Assembly (NCBI RefSeq): GCF_000281045.1
Contig: NW_008246170.1
Span: 91,221-148,724 of the forward strand
DNA from: Saprolegnia diclina VS20
Taxonomy: Eukaryota
Length of the DNA: 57,504 nucleotides
Reading direction: 5' to 3'
Shown: in pieces, positions 44,475 through 57,393 of the stretch
Layout: each line of letters starts with the position of its first letter
Numbering within the stretch: position 1 is the first letter of the stretch
The notes under the pieces: generated by a model
What the model was told of the DNA's origin: nothing
Databases searched by the model: none
The model's input: the letters and a program-made list of their open reading frames with translations, nothing else
Program-made: the position numbers and the translations under genes

Positions 44475-45993
44475 ATGAACGCGGTCGAAGAAGACGCGCT
44501 CCTGCGCTTCCTCATGTCGGGGCAGGCCATGGCCGCGCCGCCGATGATGGACCTGCCGGCGCCAGCGACCTTGCCTGCGACCACGGCCACCAGCATCCAG
44601 CTCGATCTCGGCGACCTCATGGCTGGCCTTGGCGGCAACGACGACGCCGACGACATGACGTCCGAGCCGAGTGAGTGCTCGACGAGCGACAAGGACTCGA
44701 CGAGTGGCACGTCGCCGCAACCGCCGAACCTCAAGCGCAAGCTGCAGCTGGCCGAGGCCTCGAAGAAGCACCGGCTGCGCCAGAAAGACGAGCTCTCGTA
44801 TTTGCGCGAGAAGGTGACGAACCTCAACTCGCAGCTCTCCATGCTCAAGAAGATCAAGGAGCTCGAGGGCGAGCACGGCTCACAGTGGGAGCAGCTCGCC
44901 CGGTCCCAGTTCCTCGAGCGACAGAAGGCGTACCAGGAGAACGCCAAGCTCAAGTCGGCGCTCGAAGAGCAGCTCAAGTTTGCCGAGGCGCTGCAGTCGA
45001 TGATCGCCAAGAAGCCCCGGCTCTCGTTTCCGTCGATGCTCGACAACGAAGAGTGGAAGCTCTCCAAGCTCGGGAAGGACCGCGATGGTCGGCGCCACGC
45101 CATGAAGATGATCATGGAGAAGCAGTACGAGCAGCTCGACGGCATCCTCGTGCGCACGGGCCTCTTTGACCCGAAGGACGAGATCAAGTCGTCCAAGATC
45201 AGCTGTCGCTCGGACGAAGAGACGATCTCGATCGACTTCATCCGCTTCCACACGCTGCCCTGGACGTACGACCTCGTTGCCGAAGCCACGTGGCAAGTGT
45301 GCACGACCAACATTGCCGACGAGATCAAGAACGTCGGCGACGTACGTCTCGCATCGTGATCCTCGGGCCCTCACCTCACCGTATTAGCTCCTCGAGGCGC
45401 TCGACGACAACACGCGCTACTGCGAGAAGATCATGTGCAAGCAAGGCCGCACCGAGTGCCCGTTCTTTGGCAAGTCGCGTGCCAACGTCATTGGCCAAGT
45501 GCTCTTCAAGCGCTTCTACGAGAAGGACCGCGTCGTGATTGTGTGGAAGGCCATCATGGAGGACGAGCTCTACCCGCGGGACCCGATGACGCTGCTGGCC
45601 AACCAACAAGCGTGGTGCGTCGATTCGATATCTCGATAGATTGATAGAATTGGCGCTAGGATCATTGTGCAAAAGGGCACGACGCCGGGCACGTGTCGCG
45701 TCAAGTCGTACATTGAGCGGCTACCGCCGTCGCGCGCGGGGAAGGAGGTCGCGCTGGACGACATGATGAAGTCGATGCACATCCCGAGCGACTATGGCCG
45801 ACGGGAAAAGCCCATCGAGAACATTGGCGTCTGCGAAGCCTTTGCGCCCAAGCCCGGCATGATGACCGAGTACTGCATGAACTCGTTCCAGGAGATGGCC
45901 AACAAGCATGAAGAGGCCGTCGTTGCGCAGGCCAAGCGGCTCGCTGACCTCGAACGCGCCGAGACGACAGCGACCAGCGCGACGATTCTCTAG
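44475..45993 (+). CDS. bZIP-like + START-like protein, copy 3 (more distant; 2 introns)
   Basis: KRKLQLAEASKKHRLRQKDELSYLREKVTNLNSQL; KKPRL..DNEEWK; KRFYEKDRVVIVWKAIMEDELYP. Confidence 0.72.
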
Positions 45994-46061
45994 GCTCCTT
46001 GACGCTTTATATATCTATCTTCGCATGCGTGTGGCTACAAAGCGTCCACAATGTTTCGGGC

Positions 46062-46700
46062 TTAGTCGGCCTTGGCCGAGCGCTTGGGCGTCTTGGCCTT
46101 GGACGTGGCCAGCAAGGCCTCGCGGCGCGCGTTGTTGACGGTCTTGGGCTTGCCCTTGGCCTTGATGAGGAGGATGGGCACGAGGCCGAGGAGGCAGATA
46201 ACGACGAGCGCGATCGTGTTGAGCGGCGTGTCCTCGTAGCTGTCGTGCGACGACTTGTACGCTTCGTCAAAGTTCCTACGAGGCTGCGTCAGCCCACCTC
46301 ATCATCTCGGTGGACGTACTTGAAGCCTTGGTCGTCGGCGATGCCATACAAATCGTACTTTTCGCGGCGCTCGGGGTCCGACAAGACGCGGTAAGCTACA
46401 TCGCCTTAGTCGTGCTGCAGCCAGAGGCATACCGAGTACCGTTGGCGATCTTGACAAAGTGCTTCTTGGCGTCCTCGCGGTCCTCGGGCGCCTGCTTGTC
46501 GGGATGGTACTTGAGCGAGAGCTTGCGGTAGCTACGTCTGCGTGAGACCATGCGCGACGACAAGGCGACTCGAGGTCGTACATGCGCTTGAGGTCCTGCG
46601 ACGTGGCGCCGGAGCTGGCGCCGAGGAGCTCGTAGAGGTCTTCGGCGGACGCGGCGATCGCGAGCACGAGCAGCAGCAAGCACGTCCAGAGGAATCGCAT
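46062..46700 (-). CDS. ER-type DnaJ protein (signal peptide, J domain, TM); 3 introns
   Basis: DLYELLG, YRKLSLKYHPDK, F..IANAY.VLSDPE.R.KYD; TM TIALVVICLLGLVPILLI; TAA at 46062-46064. Confidence 0.88.
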
Positions 46701-47110
46701 GGCGTCTTTCTAGCAAATGGTCGCATACAAATCCCCAGTCATCTCTCGACCAATCAGACGTGACCGCGCGAGCCCAAGATCTGGCCAAGACGACGTCATG
46801 CGCTTGCAGCCCATCGGCCGAGACACGGCGTGGGACTCGCCGCGTGTATCTACTCGACGCCCTCGTGCGTCGAGAGACAGGGCCAGGAGGCGCCGGTTGC
46901 AGCGACACGGGCGCTGGGACGAGGCCGTTGCGATCTTATTGCGGTCTTATTGCGCGGCCACCAGCACCCAAGGACGTTGTGAACTTTCACAGGCCAGTGG
47001 AGTGGCTATTACAATAATTAACGGCATGCCTACGCGAGGACGCCGAGGCTCCAGGGCGGCAGCGCAAACGAGGCCGACGTGAGCGAGAGCGGCCGCGCCC
47101 GGTCGCGCTT

Positions 47111-48956
47111 CTACATCTCTCGACGGTGAGGACCGAGAATGCTACAGGAGGCGAGGCGTACGAGGCGGTCTGCAATCAACGCCGGGTTCGTCGCGGCCAA
47201 TGGCACTTTGGCCTTGGAGACGTCGAGGATCAAGTCTGAGAGCACGTGCATGGACGCACGCTTCATAATCGTCACGTTCACGCCGTGCACTTGGCGCAGA
47301 ATGGGCACTAGCAGCTGCACAAAGCCCGCGCTCACTTCGCTCGAGAGCTTGTCGAGCCGCAATGTCGGTGGGCCCTGTCGGCTCTCGCAGATCGCGCCCT
47401 GCAGCCACTCGGAGAGCGCTTTGCGCTGAGCCTTGTCGCGCGTCCAGTGCTCGAGCAGGCACTGAATGAGCGGCGAGTTCAGGTCACCTTAACCAAGAGA
47501 GAAGACACACGATCAGCATCGACGCCAGAGCCACAAGAAGCGGCGCCGCGGAGACCCGAGAAGCCACCCACGACGCACGAGAGAAGGACCCACCTGGAGG
47601 AGCGGGGTGCACACCGTGGTCCTGCACCCACTCGGCTTCATCCGACGAGGAGCTCTTTTGCGGCGCGTCCTGCGGGTTGCCAGCGCCAAGCGTGCGCACG
47701 TGGTGGTGGACGAGCTCGGTCAGGCGGTCGATCTCGGCCTGCGCGGCCTCGCAGCACTCCTGCGCCTCCTTCTGCATGACGACGGCCGTCATCCACTGCT
47801 GCTTGGTGTGCCGCAGCGTGTCAACGGTCACCTCTAGCCGTGCTTCAAGGTCCTCCACCTTGTCCCGCAGGAACGAGTCGCACTCGACCGGCGGCGGCGG
47901 CGGCAACGCCTCGACCGCTGCCAGCTGCTGCTTGAGCGACGCGATCTCGTCTTTGAGCGCCAAGTTGACCTGGACGACGTCGTCGTGGAGCGAGTGTGGG
48001 CCGTGCATGTCCGAGGTGAAGGGCGCGGTCGGCGCGCCCTCGGCCTCGTCGTCGGTCAGCGCGCACGAGCACTCGATCGAGAACGGTCGCGCGTCGGCGA
48101 TTTTCTGTGTCACTGACTGAGAACAAGAAGGTGGCAAAGACAGGGTGATAGGTAGTAGTACCTTGTACGTCTGGACCATCGCGCGGAGACTCTCAATCAA
48201 GAGGCGCTCCTCGTCCTGCTCCTCCTTTAGCAGTCGCTTCTCGCGTTGGACTTGGAGCACTTGGTGCTCGAGGTTCTTGATCTGGACCTCCATCGTCCGC
48301 GCCCGCGCCCGCTCGTGGTGGAGCGAGGTCAACTCTTCGTGCGCCCGGCGCAGCTGCGCGTGCAGCTCCGCGTTCTCCGAGCACACGTCGTCGTAGACGT
48401 CCATTTCGATCATGTGGGCCTGCGGCGCCTCGTTGCAGACGGACGAGATCGAGCAGGACGACGGCACGTAGTAGCTGCCGTCGTCGCTCTGGTTCTCGGC
48501 CGCGCTGTCCTGTGTCGTCGAGGAGCCGCCGCTGAGCTTGGCGTGGTGCAGGTCGGTGCGGAGCTGGTGGATCGTGTCCTGGAGCTCGTCATGTATCCTC
48601 TCCCACTCGGCGTGCTCGTGGAGGATCTGGGTTTTGAGCTGCTTGATGTCCCGGTGCGCCTCCTGGACTTCGAGCACGGCTTCTTTGCGCTGGTCGCGGA
48701 GCACCTCGACCTCGATCTCAAGCTCGCGGTACTGGTGCTGGTAGCGCAGCACGTCGGTGTTGAGTGCGTCGATCGAGTACTCGAGCTCGGCGTTCTTCTC
48801 GAGCAAGAGCATGCCGGCGCGCGCGGCCATGCGCAGCTCATCTTCGCCTACGCTTCGTATCGCGCCTGCCGCCATAGAGTCGCTCGTACCGTCGTGGTCG
48901 CTCCCGTCAAACTCCTTGTAGCTGCGCTCCGAGTCGGTCGCGACGTAGCGGGACAT
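47111..48956 (-). CDS. Long coiled-coil protein with N-terminal HAP1/BICD-like CC1 box; 3' end uncertain
   Basis: DELRMAARAGMLLLEKNAEL followed by extended heptads; introns near 48105-48160 and 47487-47592. Confidence 0.7.
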
Positions 48957-49732
48957 GGCTCGTCGGGCAAAAAAAGGCAGATTGACACACGCCTCTTGGC
49001 TCGCGCCTTTGCGATCCGGATCGTATCCGGAAACTGGCCCACCCAGCTTGTCTATGACCACGCCCACTCTTGTTCCATCGAAGAATCGCTGCGCCATACA
49101 AAGCGCAAAAGAACCGACGACGCGATGCGTCGAATATTGGGCACCGCGTGGTTGAAGCACAAAGCATATATCATTTTTAATTAATTATCTCGGCTCTTCC
49201 ACGTATTTTTTTTCACTTGTCAGTGCGAGGACAAGCGACGACGGCCTCGGTGGCAGAAAAGCCGCGCGCTCGTACTTGCTTTCTAGCCAGTCGCTTCCTC
49301 GATCTGTCGACAGAGTCTCTCGCCCTGTACACTGTACGAGAGTGGCATCAAGTAGCCGACCAAATGCAACGGCACCAACTTGAGCGGTGACGACGGCGAC
49401 CGACCGCTCTCCGAGACGAGCTCGCGGCCAAGATTTTGGAGGTGGAGCGCGGCTGGCCAACTGCGCAACGCGGCGACGTCATTGACACGTCACGTGAGGT
49501 GTACGCGGCCCACTTCTCTGCGTCGGCCATGCATTACGCACCTTGGTCGTTGGTAAACGTTTTTATAAGCTTGTGGTTTGTATACTATACTAAATCGCTT
49601 ACAAGTGCACCCAGATCGCGAAGGGGCGCTAAGAAAACGATAAGATTCGATTCGAAAAACGAGCAATCGCAATGGCCTTTTTCTTTCGGCCATGTCATGC
49701 GAGGTCACTTTTGCAGACGACCGCTGGAGAGC

Positions 49733-51245
49733 ATGCGCCGTACGCTGCTCGCGGTCCTTCTCCTCGTTGCGTCGGCGTCGGCCAGCATCTTCTCGGGCTT
49801 CAACATTGGCCGCGAGTTTTCGTACATTGGCAAGTTTTGCTTTGGCTTTGACGAGGACTTTACCAAGACGGTGGGCGTCATCCAAGGCCGTATCCGCACG
49901 CCGGACGACGGCGTCCAGCTCGCCATCTACGACGACGAAGCGATGTTTTGGCAGTACGTTATGGGCCACGACGACGCAACGTGTGACTGTGAATGCAAGC
50001 TCTCGGCAGCACACACCAAGTACGTCTTCAACGTCAGCCGCGCGACCGACAACCTCCACGCGTTCCAGTTCAACTTTTCCCTCGAAGAACACTTGCGGCC
50101 GCGCTTTTGGTACGTGGCGCTCGCCAAGTGCGTGCCGGGTGGCGCCGCGTACACGCCTTCGTTTTTGAAAATGTCGCCGTCGGACTTTCTCAAGTACTAC
50201 TTCACCGCGTGGTACTACCTGCACTTCACCCAAGGCGACGGCAGCGAGGTGCCCGTGTACCAAGAGGACCTCGACATGGTCTACATGGCCTTTGCCGTCC
50301 TCTCGGGCATCGCGCTCGCCTTGCAGATGACGGCCGCGCGTCAACTGCACCGGTCGGAAGCCTTCCACCCGATCATCCAGCTCGTCACGACGATCGCAAC
50401 GGTCTTTTTCTCTGCGAACGCCATGCTCGCGCTGCACTTCGCAGCGTTCAAATGGAACGGGTTTGGGATCCCGCTTCTCCTCGGGCTCGGCCGCGTCTGC
50501 CAAGCGCTCCTGCACGTACTGACGCTTCTCCTCGCGATGCTCATTGCGAAGGGCTGGACCATCAACTCGATCACGCTCGAAGGCCGGTCCAAGCTCACGA
50601 CCGTCATGGTGCTGCTCCTCGTCTTGTACGTCTCCCTCGCCATGTGGTACCTCATTGGGTTGGACCCGGCCTCGACCCTCTACCTCTACGACTCGTGGCC
50701 CGGTACGCGTGCGCTCTCTCCATGGCGTCTGACGCGGTGTAGGCCTCGGCATTTGCGCGCTGCACTGCTTTGTGCTCGTGTGGTTCCTCTCGACGCTTTC
50801 GCAGACGCGCCAAAAGGAAGACGTGCTCGAGAAGCGCGCCTTCTTCACACAGGTACAAAGGTTGCTCACTGAAGCTCAGGGGTGATTGAGGTGGATAGAT
50901 GGGTGTCTTGTTTGCCATCTACGTGCTCTCGGTGCCCTTTATGGTCGCATTGGCCTCGCTTCTCTCGCCGTGGGTCCGCGAAAAGGTCCCATTCCAAGCT
51001 GTGGTGGCCAAGGACTGACTGGCGCGTAGATTGTCGACTCGGTCACGGTGGGGATTGAGTTTGTCACGTACTCGATTTTGATCTTCCTCCTCTGGCCGTC
51101 CCGCGCCCCCAAGTATTTTGAGGTAGCTCCATTCTGTTTGGACGCCTCGTCTCAACGGTGGATCTAGCGCCTCTACTCGCTCTGCGGCACGAGCGCCGAA
51201 AAGACCAACCTTCGCGACGCGTCTTTGCCAACCGATGTCTTGTAA
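49733..51245 (+). CDS. GPR180/TMEM145-like (intimal thickness-related receptor) 7TM protein
   Basis: Signal peptide; YIGKFCF; RPRFWYVALAKC; LLAMLIAKGWTI; YLYDSWPG; WVREK; LWPSRAPKYF; several short introns. Confidence 0.85.
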
Positions 51246-51265
51246 AGGGTTAAGAAAACACTCGT

Positions 51266-52033
51266 CTACACCCGGCTGTCGTGCTTGTCTGTGGGCGGCG
51301 TCATGGAGCGGCCGTACGTGTCGCGGTCCGTCGTCGGCTCTTCGGGCGGCGGCGCCGGCGCTTCCGGCTTGTGGAAGCGGCAACTGATGAGCGAAAAGAA
51401 GAAGCACACGGCCGCGGCGATCGCGAGGTAGAAGGACGGCCCGAAGTAGCTGTTGGTCGGACGCTGCTGGGTCCAAAGCACAAACGCCAGCACCGCGCTC
51501 AGAAATGCGAGCCCAACCAAGCACTGCGACGCCGTGTCGACGTGTGGGCGTCGGGTGGCGCAGCAGCAGAGAAAGGCCAGCGCGAGCAAGGCGAGGGCAC
51601 CAGCGATCGGCGCCAAGTAGGCAAAAACGAGCGTTGCACGCCCGAGATGCCCGCACGACGACTGCAAAAAAGCTGGGAACGTCGGGTCGGCCGTGCGCCG
51701 CTCAATGGACGCGACGAGGTCGCCGTGCGGCGCCGAGCAGAGCGGGTCGTTGTGCGCCTCAACCATCTCGCCGTTGGGGAGCAGCAAGCCGCCGCGCGAC
51801 GCGTGGTAAAAGGAAAAACACGTCGCCGCCGACATGGACGTAGCGTTCGAGAGGATATGCACCTCGGTGCAGACGCCCCAGACGCCGGCAGTCATGCGGG
51901 CGCGTAGCGTCGCCGCCGAGAGCGTCACGCTCGGCGGGTTGCTCATCGACCAGAGCGGCAAGCCGACTGCAATGGCGGCGCAGATGACGCCCAAGAGGCA
52001 CCACGTCACGTAGCAAAAGCGCACAGGACACAT
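51266..52033 (-). CDS. Four-TM claudin/PMP22-like protein
   Basis: LPLWS..GVWGVC..C first-loop signature; four hydrophobic helices; YFGPSFYLA before TM4. Confidence 0.7.
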   Translation of the reverse strand: MCPVRFCYVTWCLLGVICAAIAVGLPLWSMSNPPSVTLSAATLRARMTAGVWGVCTEVHILSNATSMSAATCFSFYHASRGGLLLPNGEMVEAHNDPLCSAPHGDLVASIERRTADPTFPAFLQSSCGHLGRATLVFAYLAPIAGALALLALAFLCCCATRRPHVDTASQCLVGLAFLSAVLAFVLWTQQRPTNSYFGPSFYLAIAAAVCFFFSLISCRFHKPEAPAPPPEEPTTDRDTYGRSMTPPTDKHDSRV

Positions 52034-52099
52034 GAAGGCAAAAGCACTTTTGTGTCAAAACTCATCAGCTATGTTCAAAATCCAGTTAGCGCGAAAAGA

Positions 52100-52912
52100 C
52101 TAGAGCGCGCGGGTCCACGACCCGACCTCGCGCCCTATCGCAGAGAGCGCAATCGCAACGCAGTCGTGGGCCGGGCCCATGCCCGAGAGCTCGGAGCAGA
52201 AGGCGGTCGCAGCATCTCGGTACGGCTCGTCCGCGTACAGCGCCAGCGCGAGGGTTTGATTGGCGATCGCGAGCGGGATGTGGGCCACGAGGCTCGGCGA
52301 AGGCTCCCAATACAGAGGCCCTGCCTGCGTCCAGCCGTGGTACTGCCGCAGCAAGAGGTCTCTACAGTCGACGTCGTCAGCGGCCATGACCCTGCACCAG
52401 TGAGCGATCGCGTCGTTCGCGCGATGGGGGTCCATTGAAGCATCCAGATAAAAGTATCGCGTCGCAGCGGTCGCGAGGCGAAACGAGAGTCGAATGAGCA
52501 TGCCAGCGTCGCTGCCGACCACGCTCGGCACGTACGCCGTGGGTTCGTCGTCGTCTTCATCGAGCGCGAGAGTATGGAAGACGGCTTGGACGGTGTTGAC
52601 GAAGCTCTCTGCGCACCTTGGTGCGTCGGCGGCGGCGTGGGCGCATGCAGCGTCCTGGGCACGTTGTACGTTGGCATGTCCGATGTGCCAGTGCTGTGGC
52701 TCGCGCGCAAACGTCCCTGCGTGGAGGCAGCCGATCGTGACACCAATGTCAACGCCGAGCTGGCAGGCTTCGCGGCTCGCTACTGTGGCTGCGCTTGCGT
52801 AGCAAAGAGCGTCAGCTTGAACTGCGTCGCGCATGCGAGCCTCGCAGGCCGAGCGTCCGGCGTCTGCGAGCGCGAAGTCAAGCGCGGCCGCCACAAGCCA
52901 TGGCCACCGCAT
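52100..52912 (-). CDS. Secreted Cys-containing hypothetical protein
   Basis: Signal peptide MRWPWLVAAALDFALA; 270 aa ATG ORF with about 10 Cys. Confidence 0.65.
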   Translation of the reverse strand: MRWPWLVAAALDFALADAGRSACEARMRDAVQADALCYASAATVASREACQLGVDIGVTIGCLHAGTFAREPQHWHIGHANVQRAQDAACAHAAADAPRCAESFVNTVQAVFHTLALDEDDDEPTAYVPSVVGSDAGMLIRLSFRLATAATRYFYLDASMDPHRANDAIAHWCRVMAADDVDCRDLLLRQYHGWTQAGPLYWEPSPSLVAHIPLAIANQTLALALYADEPYRDAATAFCSELSGMGPAHDCVAIALSAIGREVGSWTRAL

Positions 52913-53188
52913 GTTGCGTTTCTCGTGGCGAGGTCGCGATCTATGTTATAACAATCCGCGACGTGCAATAACTTGTTACATATGCTGTTAGATCGATATT
53001 GGGCGCCAGCTGGCGAGCTTGAATGGGTTCTGGTCTTCTCAACCAAGTGCTGCGCTTCACGTACACAACATTGGAGGACGGTTGTGACTAGGAGCGTGGC
53101 AGTTGTAGCAAAATAAGATTATATAAGAATATACAGACACTACACTCACCTCGTCTAGATCGAGCTACACATCTAGTTCTACATCGAT

Positions 53189-53983
53189 CTAGAGCTGGAG
53201 AAAGAGCACGCTGGGCGAGCTCAGATCCTCGTCGATCGCGTACATTTGAACGAGCGGCGCAATGGAGAAGCAAACCGAGCCGACGATGAACTGACTCGCG
53301 GCAAAGGCGAGGTTGACGCGGGCGACGTCGGCGTCTTGACAAGCAACAAACTGCGGGAGGTACGAGTACGCACCGACAATAAAGAATATGTTACCGACGA
53401 GGTTGAGCAGCGACACGAGGTACCACGGACTGAGAATCTGCGACCAGCGCCGACGCACGGGCGTGCTGCTCGCGTGCGAGTACGTGGCGAGGCGCGCAAC
53501 GTCGACGGCGATCGCACTGCAGAACGTGAGGCAGCCCGAGATGAAGAGCCACGAGCCGTACGTGGGCGCAATCGCAAAGTAGTTTGGCAAGTAGTAGACG
53601 CCGCCGACGACAAACTGGACAGAGCCGAGCACGTTGCAGCCGCTGGCGGCGACTGGCGCGAAGCGCAGCAAGCCCGGCGGGCCGTCGACGTGTTCGATGC
53701 GCGCTTCGTAGCTGTCGATGCAGCTGCCGCACAAGAAGGCGAGGCAGCCGAGCAAGTAGCAGTACGCGCCGACCCAGCTGTCGCCGGGCGCGGAGCCGGC
53801 GCGCGGGTAGAAGAAGAAGGACCCGAGGAGGAAGGCGAGGCCGCCGACCCAGTACGAGACGCTCGAGGTCTCGAGCGCAAAGAAGACGAGCTTGCGGCGC
53901 CAGCTCATGGCCTCGCCGTTGGCCTTGGCGAGCACGCGCGTGTAAGGCGACGCCGGCGTGAGGACCTCGTGGCGGGCGAGCAT
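53189..53983 (-). CDS. Multi-pass membrane protein with repeated YrhK-like hairpins
   Basis: Repeated G.x2.F.x2.GS helices (GGLAFLLGSFFF, GCLAFLCGS, GSVQFVVGG, GNIFFIVGA, SQFIVGSVCF). Confidence 0.7.
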   Translation of the reverse strand: MLARHEVLTPASPYTRVLAKANGEAMSWRRKLVFFALETSSVSYWVGGLAFLLGSFFFYPRAGSAPGDSWVGAYCYLLGCLAFLCGSCIDSYEARIEHVDGPPGLLRFAPVAASGCNVLGSVQFVVGGVYYLPNYFAIAPTYGSWLFISGCLTFCSAIAVDVARLATYSHASSTPVRRRWSQILSPWYLVSLLNLVGNIFFIVGAYSYLPQFVACQDADVARVNLAFAASQFIVGSVCFSIAPLVQMYAIDEDLSSPSVLFLQL

Positions 53984-54610
53984 CTTGGCAACTGTCAACC
54001 CCGCAGAGACCTCGTCAAGCTACCGCTGCCAGATGGTTCTGAAACGACGTGGGATTTGCACGTGAAAATTGATGCGTGGGAAACCCACGGAGAATTCCAC
54101 CGCACGTGGTGGGATATGTCCGTGTGAATTAGTGGGAAATGGCCCGGCGTGATCGATCAACCACACGTCAGAGCATCCCATGCAATCGGGGGCTCAGATA
54201 TGTCGGTGGTATGTTGCCTTTCTAATAACATTTAGGGACATTGCTAAAATATATAACATCGGTCTGTTGCCTTGTTGCCGACAAGTCGACAGGTCGCCGG
54301 CTCTGCAAGTGTTTGCGGGGATGTTGACGTGCCAGCACAAAGTTGGGTGTACGCAGACATCCGCCAACGGAATGTGGCTAGCGGTAAAACGGCGAGGCAA
54401 TCGACTGTGAATAGTAAATGATCTGCTCAACGACCGTTCGTTCTAAGACAGTCGACTACGTGGAGGTCAGTGGCCAGCGCGAGCTCGCTGGTCCCTCACT
54501 TGCTTGGCGGTGGTCCGGCGATAGTCTAAGCGCACGCAACCTGCCATCCACACCAGTCCCACGTTGTTGGTAGACGTCTTGTGCGTCGGATTGTCAGAAT
54601 TGAATTCACC

Positions 54611-57202
54611 ATGCTCATCTACCTCGTACGGCGCAGCGACCTTGCGGCGGGCCTCATACCGTCTTCTAGCTGCACCTCGCCGCCTTGGTTGCTGCTGCGG
54701 ACGCATGCGCTTATGGCGCCTTTGACGCCACCGCCACGTTCGTCGGTTGCCCCGCCGACATCAAGCCGCAGGTTCTCTACTGCATCGTCGACAGCCGCTG
54801 CAAGGTGCGCTTTTAATCCACGGCGCGCCACGACAACGCATGCGCGTAGCTCCTCAAGACGTACAATGCGAGCGCGCTGAGTCTCAGCGCCAGCTTGGAT
54901 CCAGCCACCCCGGCACGCTACCAGCTCACCGTGTCTTGTACCTTCAAAGCCACATCTGGCTCCTGTTGACGGGCGCGGTAGATCCCATCCAGCGTGTGGC
55001 TGACGAGCCCGGCGTCAAGATCGACTTTCAACTGTAGTGGCCATCATAGTGGCTGGAGGCGGGTCATTTTGGCTCTAGGCGCTTTGAGAACGCCTCGATT
55101 CAGCAGATCGACGACCTCTCGGCCGTCAACAACCTCAAGACTCTGTACGCTGCACTTTTGACCAGCTCACACTGAATGCGTCATGTACGCGCAGGTATAT
55201 CTACAACAACAACAAGGCGGCGTTGGACATTGCCCACACCAAGCTGCCAACGAGCCTCCACGAGCTGTACCCACCCTCCTCCAGTACAAAACGAGTGACA
55301 TTCTTGCGTAGGACGCTATGTGGTACGCAGCTCCAGGCGCTTCCGGACGCAGCGCGGTTGACGGGGCTGACCTACCTGTGCACATTTACCCTCCGATGTA
55401 GTACTGACGCACCAAACGTTAGAAATGTTTTCAACAACAACATCACACGCCTCGAGCACCTGGATCTGCGCAACGTCACGACCTTGTATGGCTGCTGCTC
55501 TTTCTCACATATCACGAATGCTTTGGCGCTCTAGCTCTGCCGGACTCAACCAAATCTCGACGTTCGTCAACGTCTCGCTGGGTGGCGGTCTCGCCTACTT
55601 GTACCTTCCAAAGTCAATGGCTTGCCTCATTCGCGGATATAGCGATTTGACCAACAACCGAATCACGGAATTTGTTGTGGACCCGGCGACGTACGACGCG
55701 CTTCGGCAGACGAAGACGCTGTCGTTGGACGCGATCGACGTCTCCAGTACGTGCAAGTCGCCCAACAAGGTCCTTCCCCTCAACAATCACGCCAACGTGT
55801 GTGTGACTCCGGGTACCATCCTATCAAAAAATACCTTCTTTGGTATTGAAAAGAACTAGACTCGATGCTGGCAAGCGCCACAGAGAATTCGACGGCCTTG
55901 GGCGGAGCTGCGGTCGCCGGGATTGTCGTCGGCGCTGTTGTGCTCCTCGGACTTTCGCTCGCCCTACTCGTCCAGTGGCGTCGTCGCCTCGCGTCATCGT
56001 TGTTACGACGTTGCGACTGCCCCAACGCTCATGCGTTGTCGTAGGTCCAAGGAGAGTGCACTCGACAAGACTGAGAGGACGGACTCGGAGCACATCGTTT
56101 TCAACCTTGACGTACGTCGACTACGCCCAATAGGATATGATACAGCGGTGTAGAGCCTTGCGCTGCTGCGACTCGACCACCAGTCGCTCGAAGCGACCAA
56201 GTTTGTCGCAGAAGGCGCGTACGGGCAAGTGTGGCTCGGCACTTATGAAGGTTGTTCCGGGCTATAAAACTCAGAAATCACTCGATTGCGCGTAGGAACC
56301 CCCGTGGCGCTCAAGCGTCTGCTGCCGGGAGCCGCGTCGCAGTCGGCGATTGCCTCGTTCGTGGACGAGATTCTCTTGGCCAGCAAGTACGCGTTCATTT
56401 TCTCTGAAAAAATTGCATCTCGCATTAGGCTCGAAAGTCGGTACATTGTTCAGCTCATCGGTGCGAGCTGGCGCATCCCCGCCGAGCTGCAGATGGTGCT
56501 CGAGTGGATGGACGGAGGCGACCTCCGCTCCGTCCTCGAGGCCACCGACAACACGTCATTCCCGTGGCTCGAGAAGGTCCAGCTCATGCTCTCGGTCGCG
56601 GAGGGCCTCGTGTACCTCCACTCGATGTTTGTGATCCACCGCGACCTCAAGTCCCGAAACGTTCTCGTTGATACCGCCAAAGTACTACGGCCAATACGAC
56701 TCGCCATTTCACATTCGACTAGGGCGCCAAGCTCACCGACTTTGGCGTCTCCAAGGAGATGACGACCGAGACCATGACGGTCGGCGTCGGCACATACCGC
56801 TGGATGGTCCAGATCCTGTCATTTCAACTAGGATTTAGAAAGGGTGTGCGTGTAGGCGCCCGAGGTGCTCCAGGAAAACCACTACACGACGAGCGCCGAC
56901 GTCTACTCGTTCGGCATTCTCCTCTCGGAGCTCTGCACCCACCACATCCCGTACACAGATATGCACACGGAGCGCGGTACAGGACACATGGGAAGGTACC
57001 ATCGTGACGCTACTTAGGCAACCCGCTTGTCGATACGGCGATCATCAACCGTGTGATCCAAGGCACGCTCCAACCGACCTTTGGCGAGTCCAGTCCTGCG
57101 TGGGTCGTCGGGCTCGCAAACGACTGCATCGCGTTAAATGCTGACGACCGACCGAATGCGATCCAAGTTGCCCACCGCATTCGTCAAAAGACTCGGGAAT
57201 GA
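54611..57202 (+). CDS. LRR receptor kinase copy 4 (different subfamily, intron-rich, with signal peptide)
   Basis: MLIYL|LHLAALVAAADA signal peptide across a 15 nt first coding exon; one-LRR exons; TM AVAGIVVGAVVLLGLSLALLV; AEGAYGQV, VALK, HRDLKSRN, DFG, APE; TGA at 57200-57202. Confidence 0.87.
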
Positions 57203-57393
57203 ATCGTGCGATTGCACCGGCCTATTTAGACCTTCTTCATGGCGATTGCCGTCATAACACCAGTTTTGGCTTTCGAACGTGAGATCGCGGCATACAATCC
57301 ACGCATGTGGCTTGGATATCCAACATTCGGAAACTATTGATTTGATAGACGGTTATCGGTTGATCGTCCATTGCTCGACACAAAACGTGGCGT

